This document shows positions 28,104 to 38,975 of a stretch of 64,000 bases of DNA, piece by piece. The notes under the pieces were generated by a model. It ran no database searches. It was not told where the DNA came from and worked only from the letters and a program-made list of their open reading frames with translations. The stretch is from Methylocystaceae bacterium (GTDB lineage: Bacteria; Bacillota; Syntrophomonadia; Syntrophomonadales; JBLNAA01). The translations under genes and the position numbers were made by a program. The stretch is taken from the NCBI GenBank assembly GCA_050259135.1, contig JBLNAA010000138.1:5318-69317 (forward strand). The letters run 5' to 3'. Each line of letters opens with the position of its first letter. The stretch's first letter is position 1.

Positions 28104-28593
28104 GCCGGTAGAAAAACCCGAAGGTGAAAAAAAGAAAAAGTTTAAGGCACCGGAAATAAGCAAAGACGTCAAATTTATTATGGTTGGTGTAGTACTCTTT
28201 ATGGTAGCCTTGGGCTGTTCATTTATTATGATGAAGAGCTTACTTGCACCTCTTATGCCGCAAAGTGCAGCAGTAAAACAAAAAACGGAAACAGGAACCT
28301 TGATAACCGTTGGCGAATTTACAACCAATATCTCTGACCCCAGCGGTACGCGGTATGTAAAGACGGAGGTTGTCGTCGAAGTAGAAAAGGACAAAACCGT
28401 TGAAGAAGAAGTAAACGGATATATGCCGGTAATCAAAGATAATATTCTCAACATCCTGGCTGCTTCCTCTATAGCTGAGCTTGATGTAAGTAACCGGGAA
28501 GTCCTGAAACAGCAAATAAAGAACAGCTTGAATGAAGCTCTCGGTAGTGAAAAGGTTCTAAATGTGTATTTTACTACGTTCTTGATACAATAA
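28090..28593 (+). CDS. fliL: flagellar basal body-associated protein FliL
   Basis: Single N-terminal TM and FliL core (GEFTTNISDPSGTRYVKTEVVVEVE); lies upstream of fliM. Confidence 0.85.
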   Translation: MPADKPVEKPEGEKKKKFKAPEISKDVKFIMVGVVLFMVALGCSFIMMKSLLAPLMPQSAAVKQKTETGTLITVGEFTTNISDPSGTRYVKTEVVVEVEKDKTVEEEVNGYMPVIKDNILNILAASSIAELDVSNREVLKQQIKNSLNEALGSEKVLNVYFTTFLIQ

Positions 28594-28621
28594 TGCTTTT
28601 GCCCGCTAAGGGGGTGATGAT

Positions 28622-29614
28622 GTGAGCGAGGTATTGTCCCAAAATGAAATAGATGCTCTTTTATCAGCATTAACCACGGGTGAAGTTGATGCTGAAGAGT
28701 TAAAACAAGAGCAGAGTAAGAAAAAAGTGCGGGTATATGATTTCCGTCGTCCTAACAAGTTCTCTAAGGATCAGATACATACCTTGCATGTTATTAACGA
28801 GAGTTATTCCCGAGGTTTGGGAACCTTTTTATCCGCTCTGACTCGCCTGTTAGTACAAATAGAAGTGCTCTCGGTAGAACAAATTACCTACGACGAATTT
28901 GTGCGTTCAGTACCTACGCCTACGATGCTGGGATTGTTTTCCCTACCCCCGTTGGAAGGTACCTGCATCATGGAGATAAACCCAAGTCTGGGTTATGTAA
29001 TGCTGGACCGTCTGCTCGGTGGATCGGGTCAAGCTCCTGAGAAGATCCGCAACATGACTGAAATAGAAGAAACGGTTATGGAACGGGTTATGCAGCGCAT
29101 GCTTGACCATATGATCGAGCCCTGGTCTTCCATTATTGAGATGGAGCCTTATTTAGATGGGATCGAGAATAACCCACAATTTATTCAAATTATTTCTCCC
29201 AGTGAAATGGTGGTAATTATATCACTGGAAGCTAAGATAGCAGATACAATCGGGGTTATTAACCTTTGTATTCCCTATCTGGTTTTAGAATCAATACTGG
29301 ACAAACTGAGCGTTCATTACTATTACTCGACCGGGGTCAGGGAGCAAAAAAAGGAAAACCGCGATCAGATTAACCACCGGTTGCAGGCAACCCCGATTCC
29401 AGTGAGAATTGTCCTGGGACGATCAGTTATAACCGTTGGTGAATTACTTGATTTGTCAGTGGGTGATGTAATATCACTTGATCGTAAAACCAAACAACCC
29501 CTGGAAATGGTTATCGGCCAGAAACCGAAATTCCTGGGAAGACCGGGGATCATGGGTAATAACATGGCTTTGGAAATTACTCATGTGTTAGAGGAGGAAG
29601 CGGAAAATGAATGA
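28622..29614 (+). CDS. fliM: flagellar motor switch protein FliM
   Basis: N-terminal CheY-P binding motif LSQNEIDALL, CheC-like middle domain and C-terminal SpoA/FliN-like domain. Confidence 0.95.
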   Translation: MSEVLSQNEIDALLSALTTGEVDAEELKQEQSKKKVRVYDFRRPNKFSKDQIHTLHVINESYSRGLGTFLSALTRLLVQIEVLSVEQITYDEFVRSVPTPTMLGLFSLPPLEGTCIMEINPSLGYVMLDRLLGGSGQAPEKIRNMTEIEETVMERVMQRMLDHMIEPWSSIIEMEPYLDGIENNPQFIQIISPSEMVVIISLEAKIADTIGVINLCIPYLVLESILDKLSVHYYYSTGVREQKKENRDQINHRLQATPIPVRIVLGRSVITVGELLDLSVGDVISLDRKTKQPLEMVIGQKPKFLGRPGIMGNNMALEITHVLEEEAENE

Positions 29615-30809
29615 CGGGTTGCTAACACAGGAGGAGATTGATTCTCTGTTAAGAGGCGAAAGTGTCAAAACGGCACCACAACCAGCCAATGCATCATTGA
29701 ATGATATTGAAAGAGATACTCTCGGTGAAATCGGGAATATATCAATGGGTACTTCTGCTACCACTTTATCAACCCTGCTGCGTCGTAAAGTCAGCATTAC
29801 TACCCCGAGAGTAACGCTTACCAACCGCGAACAATTGCAGGGCAGTTACCCGTTGCCCTACCTGGTAGTAGAGGTAAAATACCGTGAAGGTTTACAGGGA
29901 AGCAACATCCTGGTAGTAAAAAAAGAAGATGCTTCGGTTATCGCTGATCTAATGATGGGAGGAAGCGGAGAACCCAGTAACGATGCTCTTGATGAGCTTC
30001 ATGTCAGTGCAGTCAGTGAAGCAATGAATCAAATGATGGGTTCAGCTACTACCAGTTTATCATCAATGTTTAATGTTAAAATTGATATCGAACCACCAAG
30101 AGTTAATGTAGTCGATTTTGGATCTGAAAATCTGCAGTCCAGATTTGGTCCTGACTTTGACCAGATAGTGCAAATTTCATTCCGCATGGTAATTGAAGAT
30201 CTGGTAGACAGTGAAATTATGCAGATTATACCCCTGGCTGCCGGGCAGGGGATGGTCAATGTTTTGTTAGGTAACATTGCTGAAGTACCAATTGAAGTTG
30301 CTGAGCCGGTTTTACCGCCACCACTTCGTCAGGAAATAATTCAGCCAGCTGCTGCCGCAGCCCCCCCACCAGTAACCCAAGTTCCACCCTTAATGGTAGA
30401 ACCTACACCAATGGTGGCTGCCCCGGCTGCTTATGGTTATTATCCGCCTGGACCGGCAGCTTATGCCGCTTCCAATATAAATCAGAACCCGGTGGCAGTA
30501 AAACCAGTTCAATTTGCTCCTTTAAGCGGGGAACCAGCTGTGCATGAGCCTAAAAATATTGGCTTAATCCTTGATGTACCGCTGGAAATTACAGTTGAGT
30601 TGGGACGAACTAAAAAAACCATAAAAGAGATATTGGAAATGGGACCCGGATCGATAATCCAGTTGGAAAAACTGGCGGGCGAACCAGTAGATTTACTGGT
30701 AAATGGTAAACTGATTGCCAAGGGCGAGGTTGTAGTAATTGATGAAACCTATGGTGTGAGAATCAATGCCATAATCAGTCCCATGGATCGAGTCAGTAAG
30801 CTGCAGTAA
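29607..30809 (+). CDS. fliY: flagellar motor switch phosphatase FliY (CheC-like N-domain, Pro/Ala-rich linker, FliN C-domain)
   Basis: LTQEEIDSLL; CheC-type EIGNISMGTSATTLS and SEAMNQMMGSATTSLS repeats; C-terminal FliN domain (LDVPLEITVELGRTKKTIKEILEM...GEVVVIDETYGVRI). Confidence 0.9.
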   Translation: MNDGLLTQEEIDSLLRGESVKTAPQPANASLNDIERDTLGEIGNISMGTSATTLSTLLRRKVSITTPRVTLTNREQLQGSYPLPYLVVEVKYREGLQGSNILVVKKEDASVIADLMMGGSGEPSNDALDELHVSAVSEAMNQMMGSATTSLSSMFNVKIDIEPPRVNVVDFGSENLQSRFGPDFDQIVQISFRMVIEDLVDSEIMQIIPLAAGQGMVNVLLGNIAEVPIEVAEPVLPPPLRQEIIQPAAAAAPPPVTQVPPLMVEPTPMVAAPAAYGYYPPGPAAYAASNINQNPVAVKPVQFAPLSGEPAVHEPKNIGLILDVPLEITVELGRTKKTIKEILEMGPGSIIQLEKLAGEPVDLLVNGKLIAKGEVVVIDETYGVRINAIISPMDRVSKLQ

Positions 30810-30834
30810 TTATCAGTTTTTTAGGAGGTTTATC

Positions 30835-31197
30835 ATGAGTAAATCGGTTTTGGTGGTTGACGATGCAGCATTTATGCGGATGATGATTAAGGACATTCTT
30901 AGCAAAAACGGTTATGCAGTGGTAGGAGAAGCCGAAAATGGCGCCATTGCTATTGAAAAATACCGTGAATTAAAACCGGATTTGGTTACTATGGACATTA
31001 CCATGCCAGAGATGGATGGTATATCAGCGGTTAAAGAGATAAAGAAGATTGAACCAGCTGCCAAAATTATTATGTGCAGTGCGATGGGACAACAAGCCAT
31101 GGTTATTGATGCGATTCAGGCAGGTGCCAAGGATTTTGTAGTAAAGCCGTTTCAACCGGAAAGAGTTTTAGAAGCTGTCAGCAAGGCACTGGGATAA
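30835..31197 (+). CDS. cheY: chemotaxis response regulator CheY
   Basis: 120-aa REC domain (VVDDAAFMR, LVTMDITMPEMDG, FVVKPF). Confidence 0.95.
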   Translation: MSKSVLVVDDAAFMRMMIKDILSKNGYAVVGEAENGAIAIEKYRELKPDLVTMDITMPEMDGISAVKEIKKIEPAAKIIMCSAMGQQAMVIDAIQAGAKDFVVKPFQPERVLEAVSKALG

Positions 31198-31203
31198 CTA
31201 AAC

Positions 31204-31830
31204 TTGGAGATGACCCCTTTGAACTTTACATGTAACAAGCGACTAATTGGTTTGTGTCTGATAATGATATTCGTTTTATTACCAATGCTGGCCTGGACAC
31301 CATTATCCGTTAACGCTGCTTCCAGTACTAATAGTATCGAAAATAAGCCGTTTCCGACAGAGAAAGTAGACAGCAGTCAGATCGATGATGCCAAATCTAC
31401 CAGCTTGGGTTGGACGGCATTTAAATTAGTTTTCTCACTATTAGTGATTATTCTGCTGGCTTATTTGGTTATACGAGTTTTTGGGAAACAAGCGAATCGA
31501 AGATTTAGAGGCCGTTGGTTACAGGTTATTGATGAACTGATAATTGGCCCTAATAGGGGTGTAGTGTTGTGTGAAATTGGAGGCCGTATACTAGCCCTTG
31601 GAGTAACTGATCACAGCATTAACGTGCTTTTTGAAATTGATGATCAAGATCTTATTAAAGAAATGTTGGCAGTCGGGGGAACAGAAGAACCTGGCGAATG
31701 GTCCCAGCTAACTGCCATGCGGGGCTTAATTGATCGGGTACGAAAACAGCGAAATGATCGATTTGGCAGTTCACTTGATCAATGGGCCGAACGTTTTTCT
31801 GATAATTCCAAAGAGAGGGGACACCAATAG
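31204..31830 (+). CDS. fliO: flagellar biosynthesis protein FliO (B. subtilis FliZ equivalent)
   Basis: Signal-like N-terminus and a single TM ([22 protein letters not shown]); lies directly upstream of fliP. Confidence 0.75.
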   Translation: MEMTPLNFTCNKRLIGLCLIMIFVLLPMLAWTPLSVNAASSTNSIENKPFPTEKVDSSQIDDAKSTSLGWTAFKLVFSLLVIILLAYLVIRVFGKQANRRFRGRWLQVIDELIIGPNRGVVLCEIGGRILALGVTDHSINVLFEIDDQDLIKEMLAVGGTEEPGEWSQLTAMRGLIDRVRKQRNDRFGSSLDQWAERFSDNSKERGHQ

Positions 31831-32600
31831 TGAGGAAGTATTTACCTCTCTTTTTGATTGTTTTTGTTGGTATGACTTTAGTATTTACCACTCAGGCCCA
31901 AGCTGAACCATTGCCGCTGCAGCTGCCCAATATTAACCTGAATGTGGGCGGTAATTCCTCATCCAATGCAGCACCAATGGCGCAAACATTGCAGCTGTTA
32001 TTATTACTTACGGTACTCACGCTGGCCCCTGCTATATTGGTATTGCTCACATCGTTTACCCGTATTGTGGTAGTTTTGTCATTTCTGCGCAATGCCCTGG
32101 CTACGCAACAAATGCCGCCCAACCAGGTTTTAATCGGTTTAGCGTTATTCCTGACCTTTTTTGTTATGGCACCGACTTTTAAAGAAGTTAATCAACAGGC
32201 ACTTAAGCCGTACTTTGCCGGTCAAATGACACAGAATCAGGCTTACGATAAAGCGATGGCCCCGATGCGAACATTTATGTTCAAACAGACCCGAGAGAAG
32301 GATATGGCCTTGTTTGTCAAGCTGTCCGATACTCCCCGGCCTAAAACATATGCTGACATCCCTAATTATGTCCTGATACCCGCATTTGTGATCAGCGAGT
32401 TGAAGACCGCGTTTCAAATAGGTTTTATAATATTTATTCCGTTCTTAGTTATTGATATGGTAGTTTCAAGCGCATTAATGTCAATGGGTATGATGATGCT
32501 GCCGCCAATGATGATTTCATTGCCTTTCAAAATACTGCTTTTTATTCTGGTTGATGGATGGGATCTGCTCATCCAGTCCTTGGTGCTTAGCTTTAAATAG
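31830..32600 (+). CDS. fliP: flagellar export apparatus protein FliP
   Basis: Conserved core [45 protein letters not shown]. Confidence 0.95.
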   Translation: MRKYLPLFLIVFVGMTLVFTTQAQAEPLPLQLPNINLNVGGNSSSNAAPMAQTLQLLLLLTVLTLAPAILVLLTSFTRIVVVLSFLRNALATQQMPPNQVLIGLALFLTFFVMAPTFKEVNQQALKPYFAGQMTQNQAYDKAMAPMRTFMFKQTREKDMALFVKLSDTPRPKTYADIPNYVLIPAFVISELKTAFQIGFIIFIPFLVIDMVVSSALMSMGMMMLPPMMISLPFKILLFILVDGWDLLIQSLVLSFK

Positions 32601-32611
32601 GATGTGATCTG

Positions 32612-32884
32612 GTGTATCAGGATGCGGTATTGGGAATAGCTACCCACGCAATTTATGCTGCCTTGTTAATCTCTATGCCTATTCTGGGAGTCAGTTTGCT
32701 GACCGGTTTAATAATCAGCATTCTACAAGCGACCACCCAGATTCAGGAGCAGACATTGGCATTTGTTCCCAAGATTATTGCCGTTTTTATTATATTAATT
32801 ATCTTTGGACCATGGATGATGAATGTATTAACTGATTTTACAGTGGGATTGTTCAATGACATACCCCGTCTGGTTAAAATGTGA
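32612..32884 (+). CDS. fliQ: flagellar export apparatus protein FliQ
   Basis: ISILQATTQIQEQTLAFVPKI motif; 90 aa; GTG start. Confidence 0.95.
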   Translation: MYQDAVLGIATHAIYAALLISMPILGVSLLTGLIISILQATTQIQEQTLAFVPKIIAVFIILIIFGPWMMNVLTDFTVGLFNDIPRLVKM

Positions 32885-33657
32885 TGATTGCGCTTGAAGA
32901 CAGCCTGTTGCTGCTGCTTTTGATATTTGCGCGGATTGCAGGATTGTTTAGTACCGCACCGGTAATTAGTGCCAGACAAATACCAATGCAGGTAAAAGGC
33001 ATGATGGCGTTTATGATGGCACTTATTTTGCTTAATGGCCGAGCTGTTGCCTTACCACCGCAGATAACCACTCCTGGTTTTTTTGTGGCTGCTCTGGTAG
33101 TTGAAGCTATGGTTGGTTATGCACTCGGTCTGGTAGCTAACGTCGTATTTGCCGGAGTTCAAACCGCGGGACAGCTGATGGATATGCAGATGGGATTTGG
33201 AATTGTGAATGTGCTGGATCCGCAGTCGGGTATACAACTGCCGCTGCTTGGTAACTTTTTATACATATTATCACTGATGGTTTACTTAGCCATCAACGGA
33301 CACCATTATTTAATTTCGGCTATCTATCAGAGCTATGACATATTACCGATTTTAGCAATGCATTTGAACCATGGGTTCGTAGAGTTTTTTATCCATCTGC
33401 TGGGGCAAATGTTTATTCTGGCTATTAAGATATCAATCCCACTGGTCGCAGCCATGTTTGTAGCCGATGTTGCGATGGGGTTTATGTCCCGTACAGTGCC
33501 ACAGATGAATATTTTTGTCGTTGGATTACCAGTTAAAATTGCCGGCGGTTTAATTATGTTGCTGATGTTTATGCCGGTTTATATATGGTTAACCCAGGTG
33601 ATGTTTGAAAATTGGATACCGTATTTAGACCAAGCAGTATATTTGCTGGGTAAATGA
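32881..33657 (+). CDS. fliR: flagellar export apparatus protein FliR
   Basis: Polytopic membrane protein with a GFGIVNVLDPQ motif, located between fliQ and flhB. Confidence 0.9.
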   Translation: MMIALEDSLLLLLLIFARIAGLFSTAPVISARQIPMQVKGMMAFMMALILLNGRAVALPPQITTPGFFVAALVVEAMVGYALGLVANVVFAGVQTAGQLMDMQMGFGIVNVLDPQSGIQLPLLGNFLYILSLMVYLAINGHHYLISAIYQSYDILPILAMHLNHGFVEFFIHLLGQMFILAIKISIPLVAAMFVADVAMGFMSRTVPQMNIFVVGLPVKIAGGLIMLLMFMPVYIWLTQVMFENWIPYLDQAVYLLGK

Positions 33658-34754
33658 TGGTGGATACAATGATTTACTACCGGTTTGACTTACAACTGTT
33701 TGCGGGGGAGAAAACCGAAAAAGCTACCCCTAAAAGGCGGGAAGAAGCCAGGAAAAAAGGTCAGGTATTCCGCAGCATGGACTTAAGTGCAGCGGTAATT
33801 TTGCTGTCCTGTTTTGCCGTCTTATACGCTTGTATGCCTTACATAATGAGAGTATTTAGCCAGTTTATGGTTAAATATCTGTCATACCAGTCGACCGGTG
33901 ATTTAAATCTGGTCATAATTAATGCCATTATGTTGGATGTAATTATAGCTTTATTAAAAATGACCGCACCTATTTTTGCCACTGCGGTATTGGCCAGCTA
34001 CATTGTTTCACTGGCGCAGGTAGGTTTTGTATTTAGCGGAGAGTCACTGCAGTTTAAATTGGAACGTATTGATCCCATTAGCGGAGCTAAAAGAGTTTTT
34101 TCTAAACGCGCTCTGGTTGAAATGTTGAAGTCACTTTTTAAAGTGACCATTGTTGGTTATGTACTTTATACGGTTATCAAAAAGAATTTTTATCTATTTC
34201 CCGCCATGGCAGACATGGAACTCGCCACCTTACTGATAGTACTCGGAAAATTGGTATTTGAAATGGCAATCAAGGTGGGGGCCTGTTTATTTGTGTTGGG
34301 AATTATGGATTACTTGTATCAATGGTGGGAATATGAACAATCACTGAAAATGAGTAAAGAAGAAATTAAAGAAGAGTATAAACAGCTTGAAGGTGACCCC
34401 CAGGTAAAGGCTAAACAAAAGCAAAGGCAACGTGAAGCGGCCATGCGCAGAATGATGGCGGAAGTGCCGAAAGCTGATGTAGTTATAACTAACCCCACCC
34501 ATTTTGCCGTTGCCTTAAGGTATGAGGCCAAAACCATGGCAGCTCCGGTAGTGATTGCCAAGGGTCAGGATTATATGGCCCAAAGAATTAAGGAAGTTGC
34601 ACGAGAACATAAAGTTGAGATTGTAGAAAACCCGATGCTGGCACGAACCCTGTTTTATTCACTTAATATCGGACAGTCAATTCCTCAGGAACTCTACAAT
34701 GCTGTAGCAGAAGTACTAGCCATGGTTTACCGCCATAAACACCGCGCAGTGTAG
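33654..34754 (+). CDS. flhB: flagellar export switch protein FlhB
   Basis: N-terminal DLQLFAGEKTEKATPKRREEARKKGQV and the autocleavage site NPTHFAVAL. Confidence 0.95.
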   Translation: MMVDTMIYYRFDLQLFAGEKTEKATPKRREEARKKGQVFRSMDLSAAVILLSCFAVLYACMPYIMRVFSQFMVKYLSYQSTGDLNLVIINAIMLDVIIALLKMTAPIFATAVLASYIVSLAQVGFVFSGESLQFKLERIDPISGAKRVFSKRALVEMLKSLFKVTIVGYVLYTVIKKNFYLFPAMADMELATLLIVLGKLVFEMAIKVGACLFVLGIMDYLYQWWEYEQSLKMSKEEIKEEYKQLEGDPQVKAKQKQRQREAAMRRMMAEVPKADVVITNPTHFAVALRYEAKTMAAPVVIAKGQDYMAQRIKEVAREHKVEIVENPMLARTLFYSLNIGQSIPQELYNAVAEVLAMVYRHKHRAV

Positions 34755-34777
34755 GGACGTCAGGTAATTAAAATACG

Positions 34778-36841
34778 ATGGGAGCGACCCATTTGACCTG
34801 GTATGAACGTGTATTGAAAAACAGTGATATTGTGGTAGGGGTAATCATCATTTCAGTGGTATTGATGTTAGTTCTGCCCATACCATGGCAACTGCTGGAT
34901 GTGTTTCTGACCTTCAATATTTCCTTTGCCATATTGATCTTGATGGCCAGTATGCTAACCTCATCGGCGCTGGAATTCTCGGTATTCCCGTCATTGCTGC
35001 TGATTATGACTTTGTTTCGCCTATCACTGAACGTGGGTTCAACTAAGCTGGTATTATTAGATGCCTATGCGGGTGAGGTAATACAGCAATTTGGCAACTT
35101 TGTGGTTGGTGGTAATACAGTTGTTGGATTGGTAGTATTCCTTATTCTCGTGGTAATACAATTTATCGTTATCACCCGCGGAGCCGAGCGGGTATCTGAA
35201 GTGGCAGCTCGTTTTACCCTGGATGCCATGCCTGGTAAACAAATGGCGATCGATGCAGACTTAAACAGCGGATTAATCAACGAGCAGCAGGCCAGGGAAC
35301 GCCGACAGGATATCCAAAGAGAAGCTGATTTCTATGGAGCTATGGATGGTGCCAGCAAATTTGTTAAAGGCGATGCGATTGCTGGTATTATCATTATAAT
35401 AATCAATATTGTCGGTGGATTCATAATTGGTATGGCGCAGAAGGGAATGGCGCTGACCGATGCCTTACATACCTACACCATACTGACAGTTGGTGACGGG
35501 CTGGTTACTCAGATTCCGGCATTACTTATTTCTACAGCTACCGGTATTATTGTCACCCGGAGTGCTGATAAAAGCAATTTGGGGCATGAAGTTACCAGTC
35601 AGCTGTTTGCTTACCCGAAAGCGTTATATATCGCCGGTGTTGTGGTGATTATCCTTGGTATGTTTGGCCTGCCCAAAGTACCAATGTTTACTGCTGGCTG
35701 TCTGTTTATCTTGTTAGGATTTTTTCTCAGCCGTTCCCGTAAAGAAACCGAACCCGAGGTTCAGGAAGAAATTGTGGAAGCTGAGACCATGCGTAAAGCT
35801 GAAAATGTGGTAGAACTTCTGCAGATAGATAAAATGGAAATTGAACTGGGTTACGCACTGATCCCGCTGGTTGATTCAGAACAGGGCGGGGACCTTTTAG
35901 ACCGTATAATAATGATACGACGCCAAAATGCTACCGAACTGGGATTTATAGTGCCGCCGATCCGTATCAGAGATAATATGCAGCTAAAACCCAGCTCTTA
36001 CGTTATTAAAATTAAAGGGGTAAAAGTAGCAGGCAGTGATTTAATGCTGGATCGTTATCTGGTAATTGGGGCTGGTATTGAATACGATGGTTCGCTGCCG
36101 GGTATTGATACCACGGAACCTGCCTTTGGGCTGCCTGCCCGCTGGGTAGATATATCACAGAAAGACCAGGCGGAAGCCAAAGGTTATACCGTGGTTGACC
36201 CGCCGTCAGTTCTGGCTACCCATTTAACGCAGGTAATTAAGACCCATGCCCACGAATTGCTTGGCCGACAGGACGTACAGGGAATTATTGATTTTGTTAA
36301 GCAGGAGAATTCAGCTGTTGTTGATGAATTAATTCCTGATATGCTTAGCTTAGGGGATGTCCAAAAAGTGTTGGGGAACTTACTAAAAGAAGGGATACCT
36401 ATCCGGGACATGGTTACCATCCTGGAAGCATTGGCCGATTATGCGAAAATTACCAGGGATGATGATGTTCTGACCGAATATGTTCGCCAAGCCTTACGGC
36501 GTCATATAACAAAATTGTATGCCGGGGATGATCATAGATTAGAAGTTCTTACCCTTGACCCATCACTGGAAGACTATATGCGTAACTCATTACAGAGCAG
36601 TGAATTTGGTTCATATCTGGCACTCGATCCTGACCGTCTGCAAAAATTAGTAAATCAGTTGGAGAAACAATCCGGAGATATTTTGGCGCGGGGACAAACC
36701 CCGATTATCGTGTGTGCCCCCGTTTTAAGAATCCATTTTAAGCGATTATTGGAACGATTTATTCCCGGAGTAGTAGTGTTATCCTACAATGAATTGGAAA
36801 GTGATATACAGGTAGATGTAGTGGGGATGATAGCAGCATGA
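34778..36841 (+). CDS. flhA: flagellar export gate protein FlhA
   Basis: TM N-domain with GAERVSEVAARFTLDAMPGKQMAIDADL and a large cytoplasmic C-domain. Confidence 0.95.
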   Translation: MGATHLTWYERVLKNSDIVVGVIIISVVLMLVLPIPWQLLDVFLTFNISFAILILMASMLTSSALEFSVFPSLLLIMTLFRLSLNVGSTKLVLLDAYAGEVIQQFGNFVVGGNTVVGLVVFLILVVIQFIVITRGAERVSEVAARFTLDAMPGKQMAIDADLNSGLINEQQARERRQDIQREADFYGAMDGASKFVKGDAIAGIIIIIINIVGGFIIGMAQKGMALTDALHTYTILTVGDGLVTQIPALLISTATGIIVTRSADKSNLGHEVTSQLFAYPKALYIAGVVVIILGMFGLPKVPMFTAGCLFILLGFFLSRSRKETEPEVQEEIVEAETMRKAENVVELLQIDKMEIELGYALIPLVDSEQGGDLLDRIIMIRRQNATELGFIVPPIRIRDNMQLKPSSYVIKIKGVKVAGSDLMLDRYLVIGAGIEYDGSLPGIDTTEPAFGLPARWVDISQKDQAEAKGYTVVDPPSVLATHLTQVIKTHAHELLGRQDVQGIIDFVKQENSAVVDELIPDMLSLGDVQKVLGNLLKEGIPIRDMVTILEALADYAKITRDDDVLTEYVRQALRRHITKLYAGDDHRLEVLTLDPSLEDYMRNSLQSSEFGSYLALDPDRLQKLVNQLEKQSGDILARGQTPIIVCAPVLRIHFKRLLERFIPGVVVLSYNELESDIQVDVVGMIAA

Positions 36842-38016
36842 AAATAAGGAGATACACCGCCGACGATTTTCAAACTGCCATGGCCAGAGCCAAAATGGAG
36901 ATGGGTAAGGATGCGATACTGCTGCATACCCGTCAATTTAAAGAAGGTGGCTTTTTTGGCCTATTTGGCAAAAGAAGAGTAGAGATAACAGTAGCAGTAG
37001 ACGAGGATACCCGAGTCTCTACCGATTTAAAGGCTACTGTGGCTGTTAAGGAAACAATCGCTGAAGAACCACATCCGATTCCGGCAGATGAAAATACAGC
37101 TAATAATAAACCAAATGAAGATGAAGAAGTACCAGCTCCCGAATTAGTTAAGGAAATTGCAGCAGTAAAAGATTTGGTGGAAGATATTCGGGGGCGGATT
37201 AACGAACGAGATTTTCAACGCAATCTGTCCAAGGCTGGAAGAAACATGTACCAGCGCTTGGTAGCCGCTGGAGTCGAGGAAAAGCTGGCAGCCAAGCTGA
37301 TGAAAATAGCAGATGAAAGAGCCCAGGATGAAGGGTGTGAACTGGAGACTGCCGGCCAGGAGATCATTATTGATTATTTGAAAACCCCTAAACCCATAGA
37401 AATCAAGAAACGTGCCAATCGGGCGCGCTGCGTTATGCTGATCGGTCCCACCGGAGTGGGTAAAACCACTACTATTGCTAAACTGGCTGCTAACTATGGG
37501 TTACTGGAGGGCAAAAAAGTTGCTCTGGTAACTGTCGATACATATAGGATTGCCGCTGTCGAGCAATTAAAAACCTATGCCGAAATAATTGGTATCCCCT
37601 GTGAAGTAGTATTCAACCCTGCTGACATTGTAAAAGCCCTGGATAAACATAGTCATCGTGATGTAGTACTCATTGATACTGCTGGGCGGAGTCCTCGCAA
37701 TGAAGAACAAATAGCTGAACTTACCGAATTTATAAAAGAAGGAAATCCGGATGAAATTATACTGGTTTTAAGTGCGACAACCAGAAGTGAAGATATCCTT
37801 GAAATCTATAACCGGTTTAATATCTTCCGGGTGGATAAGATCATTTTTACCAAACTAGACGAAACCAGCAAATATGGCAATATATTAAATGCTGTACATA
37901 AAACCCGAACTCCTCTGGCTTATGTAACTAACGGACAGAATGTTCCAGATGATATTAGGGTACCTGATGTAGCCGAACTGGCTCGGGTTATCTTAGGAGA
38001 GGAAGAAGCTCGATGA
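36838..38016 (+). CDS. flhF: flagellar SRP-type GTPase FlhF
   Basis: [20 protein letters not shown] and TKLDET G-motifs. Confidence 0.9.
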   Translation: MKIRRYTADDFQTAMARAKMEMGKDAILLHTRQFKEGGFFGLFGKRRVEITVAVDEDTRVSTDLKATVAVKETIAEEPHPIPADENTANNKPNEDEEVPAPELVKEIAAVKDLVEDIRGRINERDFQRNLSKAGRNMYQRLVAAGVEEKLAAKLMKIADERAQDEGCELETAGQEIIIDYLKTPKPIEIKKRANRARCVMLIGPTGVGKTTTIAKLAANYGLLEGKKVALVTVDTYRIAAVEQLKTYAEIIGIPCEVVFNPADIVKALDKHSHRDVVLIDTAGRSPRNEEQIAELTEFIKEGNPDEIILVLSATTRSEDILEIYNRFNIFRVDKIIFTKLDETSKYGNILNAVHKTRTPLAYVTNGQNVPDDIRVPDVAELARVILGEEEAR

Positions 38017-38900
38017 AAGATCAAGCAGACAAGCTCAGAGACATGGCACGCAACATAAAACAACAAATAGAGAGCGACCTCATGAAGAATCGGCCGCGAA
38101 CCCGGGTAGTAGTAGTGACGAGCGGCAAGGGTGGAGTCGGGAAAACTAATTTTGCGCTTAATTTGTCCATTGCTATGGCGAGAATGGGGCAAAAAGTCAT
38201 TCTTATGGATGCTGATATGGGGTTAGCCAATGTGGATATCATTTTGGGGATTGTACCAGAGTTCAATTTATACCATGTGGTACGGGGCGAAAAGAAAATT
38301 AGAGAGGTAATGGAAAAGGGGCCGGCCGGAATTCGCATAATTCCTGGGGGTTCCGGGGTTCAAGAAATGGCCAACCTTCCCGAAAAGGATCTTCAGTCGG
38401 TTATTAATGATCTGAGTACCATTGATGGTGAAGCCGATTTATTGATAATTGATACCGGTGCCGGTATTGCCAATAACGTTATCAGTTTTTTAGCAGCAGC
38501 TGATGACATAATTGTAGTTACCACCCCGGAGCCTACGGCGCTGGCAGATGCCTATGGACTGGTAAAAACTGCTTCCCAACATGAAGTAAGCAGTCAAGTG
38601 TATGCGGTAATTAACAAGTGCACTTCTGTAGATGAAGGCCGGGTAGCTTTCGAAAAACTGCAGATGGTAGCGTCGCGTTTCTTAAACATGGATATCAAAC
38701 TGATGGGTTTGATTTCTGAAGATGAGTTGGTAGAAAAGGCGGTACGGCGTCAGGAGGCGTTTATCAATTATCCGGAAAGTCGGGCTGCCGGTGACATTTA
38801 TGCAATAGCCCGTTACATACTGGAAATTAATGATACGGCTCAGAGTCAGCCCTCAGGGATAAAGGGATTCTTTAAAGCACTTACATCTTTATGGCGTTAG
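38013..38900 (+). CDS. flhG: MinD/ParA-type ATPase FlhG (YlxH)
   Basis: Deviant Walker A SGKGGVGKTN; follows flhF. Confidence 0.9.
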   Translation: MKDQADKLRDMARNIKQQIESDLMKNRPRTRVVVVTSGKGGVGKTNFALNLSIAMARMGQKVILMDADMGLANVDIILGIVPEFNLYHVVRGEKKIREVMEKGPAGIRIIPGGSGVQEMANLPEKDLQSVINDLSTIDGEADLLIIDTGAGIANNVISFLAAADDIIVVTTPEPTALADAYGLVKTASQHEVSSQVYAVINKCTSVDEGRVAFEKLQMVASRFLNMDIKLMGLISEDELVEKAVRRQEAFINYPESRAAGDIYAIARYILEINDTAQSQPSGIKGFFKALTSLWR

Positions 38901-38975
38901 CCAAAGCAGATTAATTTATTAAATCGTTTTCAATAATCATACCCGAAAGTCAGATTTGATAAGGGACTGATATAC

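Noticed and set aside
27999-28670. 223-aa minus-strand ORF
   Set aside because: Antisense to flbD, fliL and the fliM start, which have clear family motifs. No motif or RBS supports it.
30290-30500. Pro/Ala-rich low-complexity stretch in fliY as a repeat element or frameshift artefact
   Set aside because: It is in frame and links the CheC-like and FliN domains, as expected for a flexible FliY linker. No nucleotide-level tandem repeat is present.
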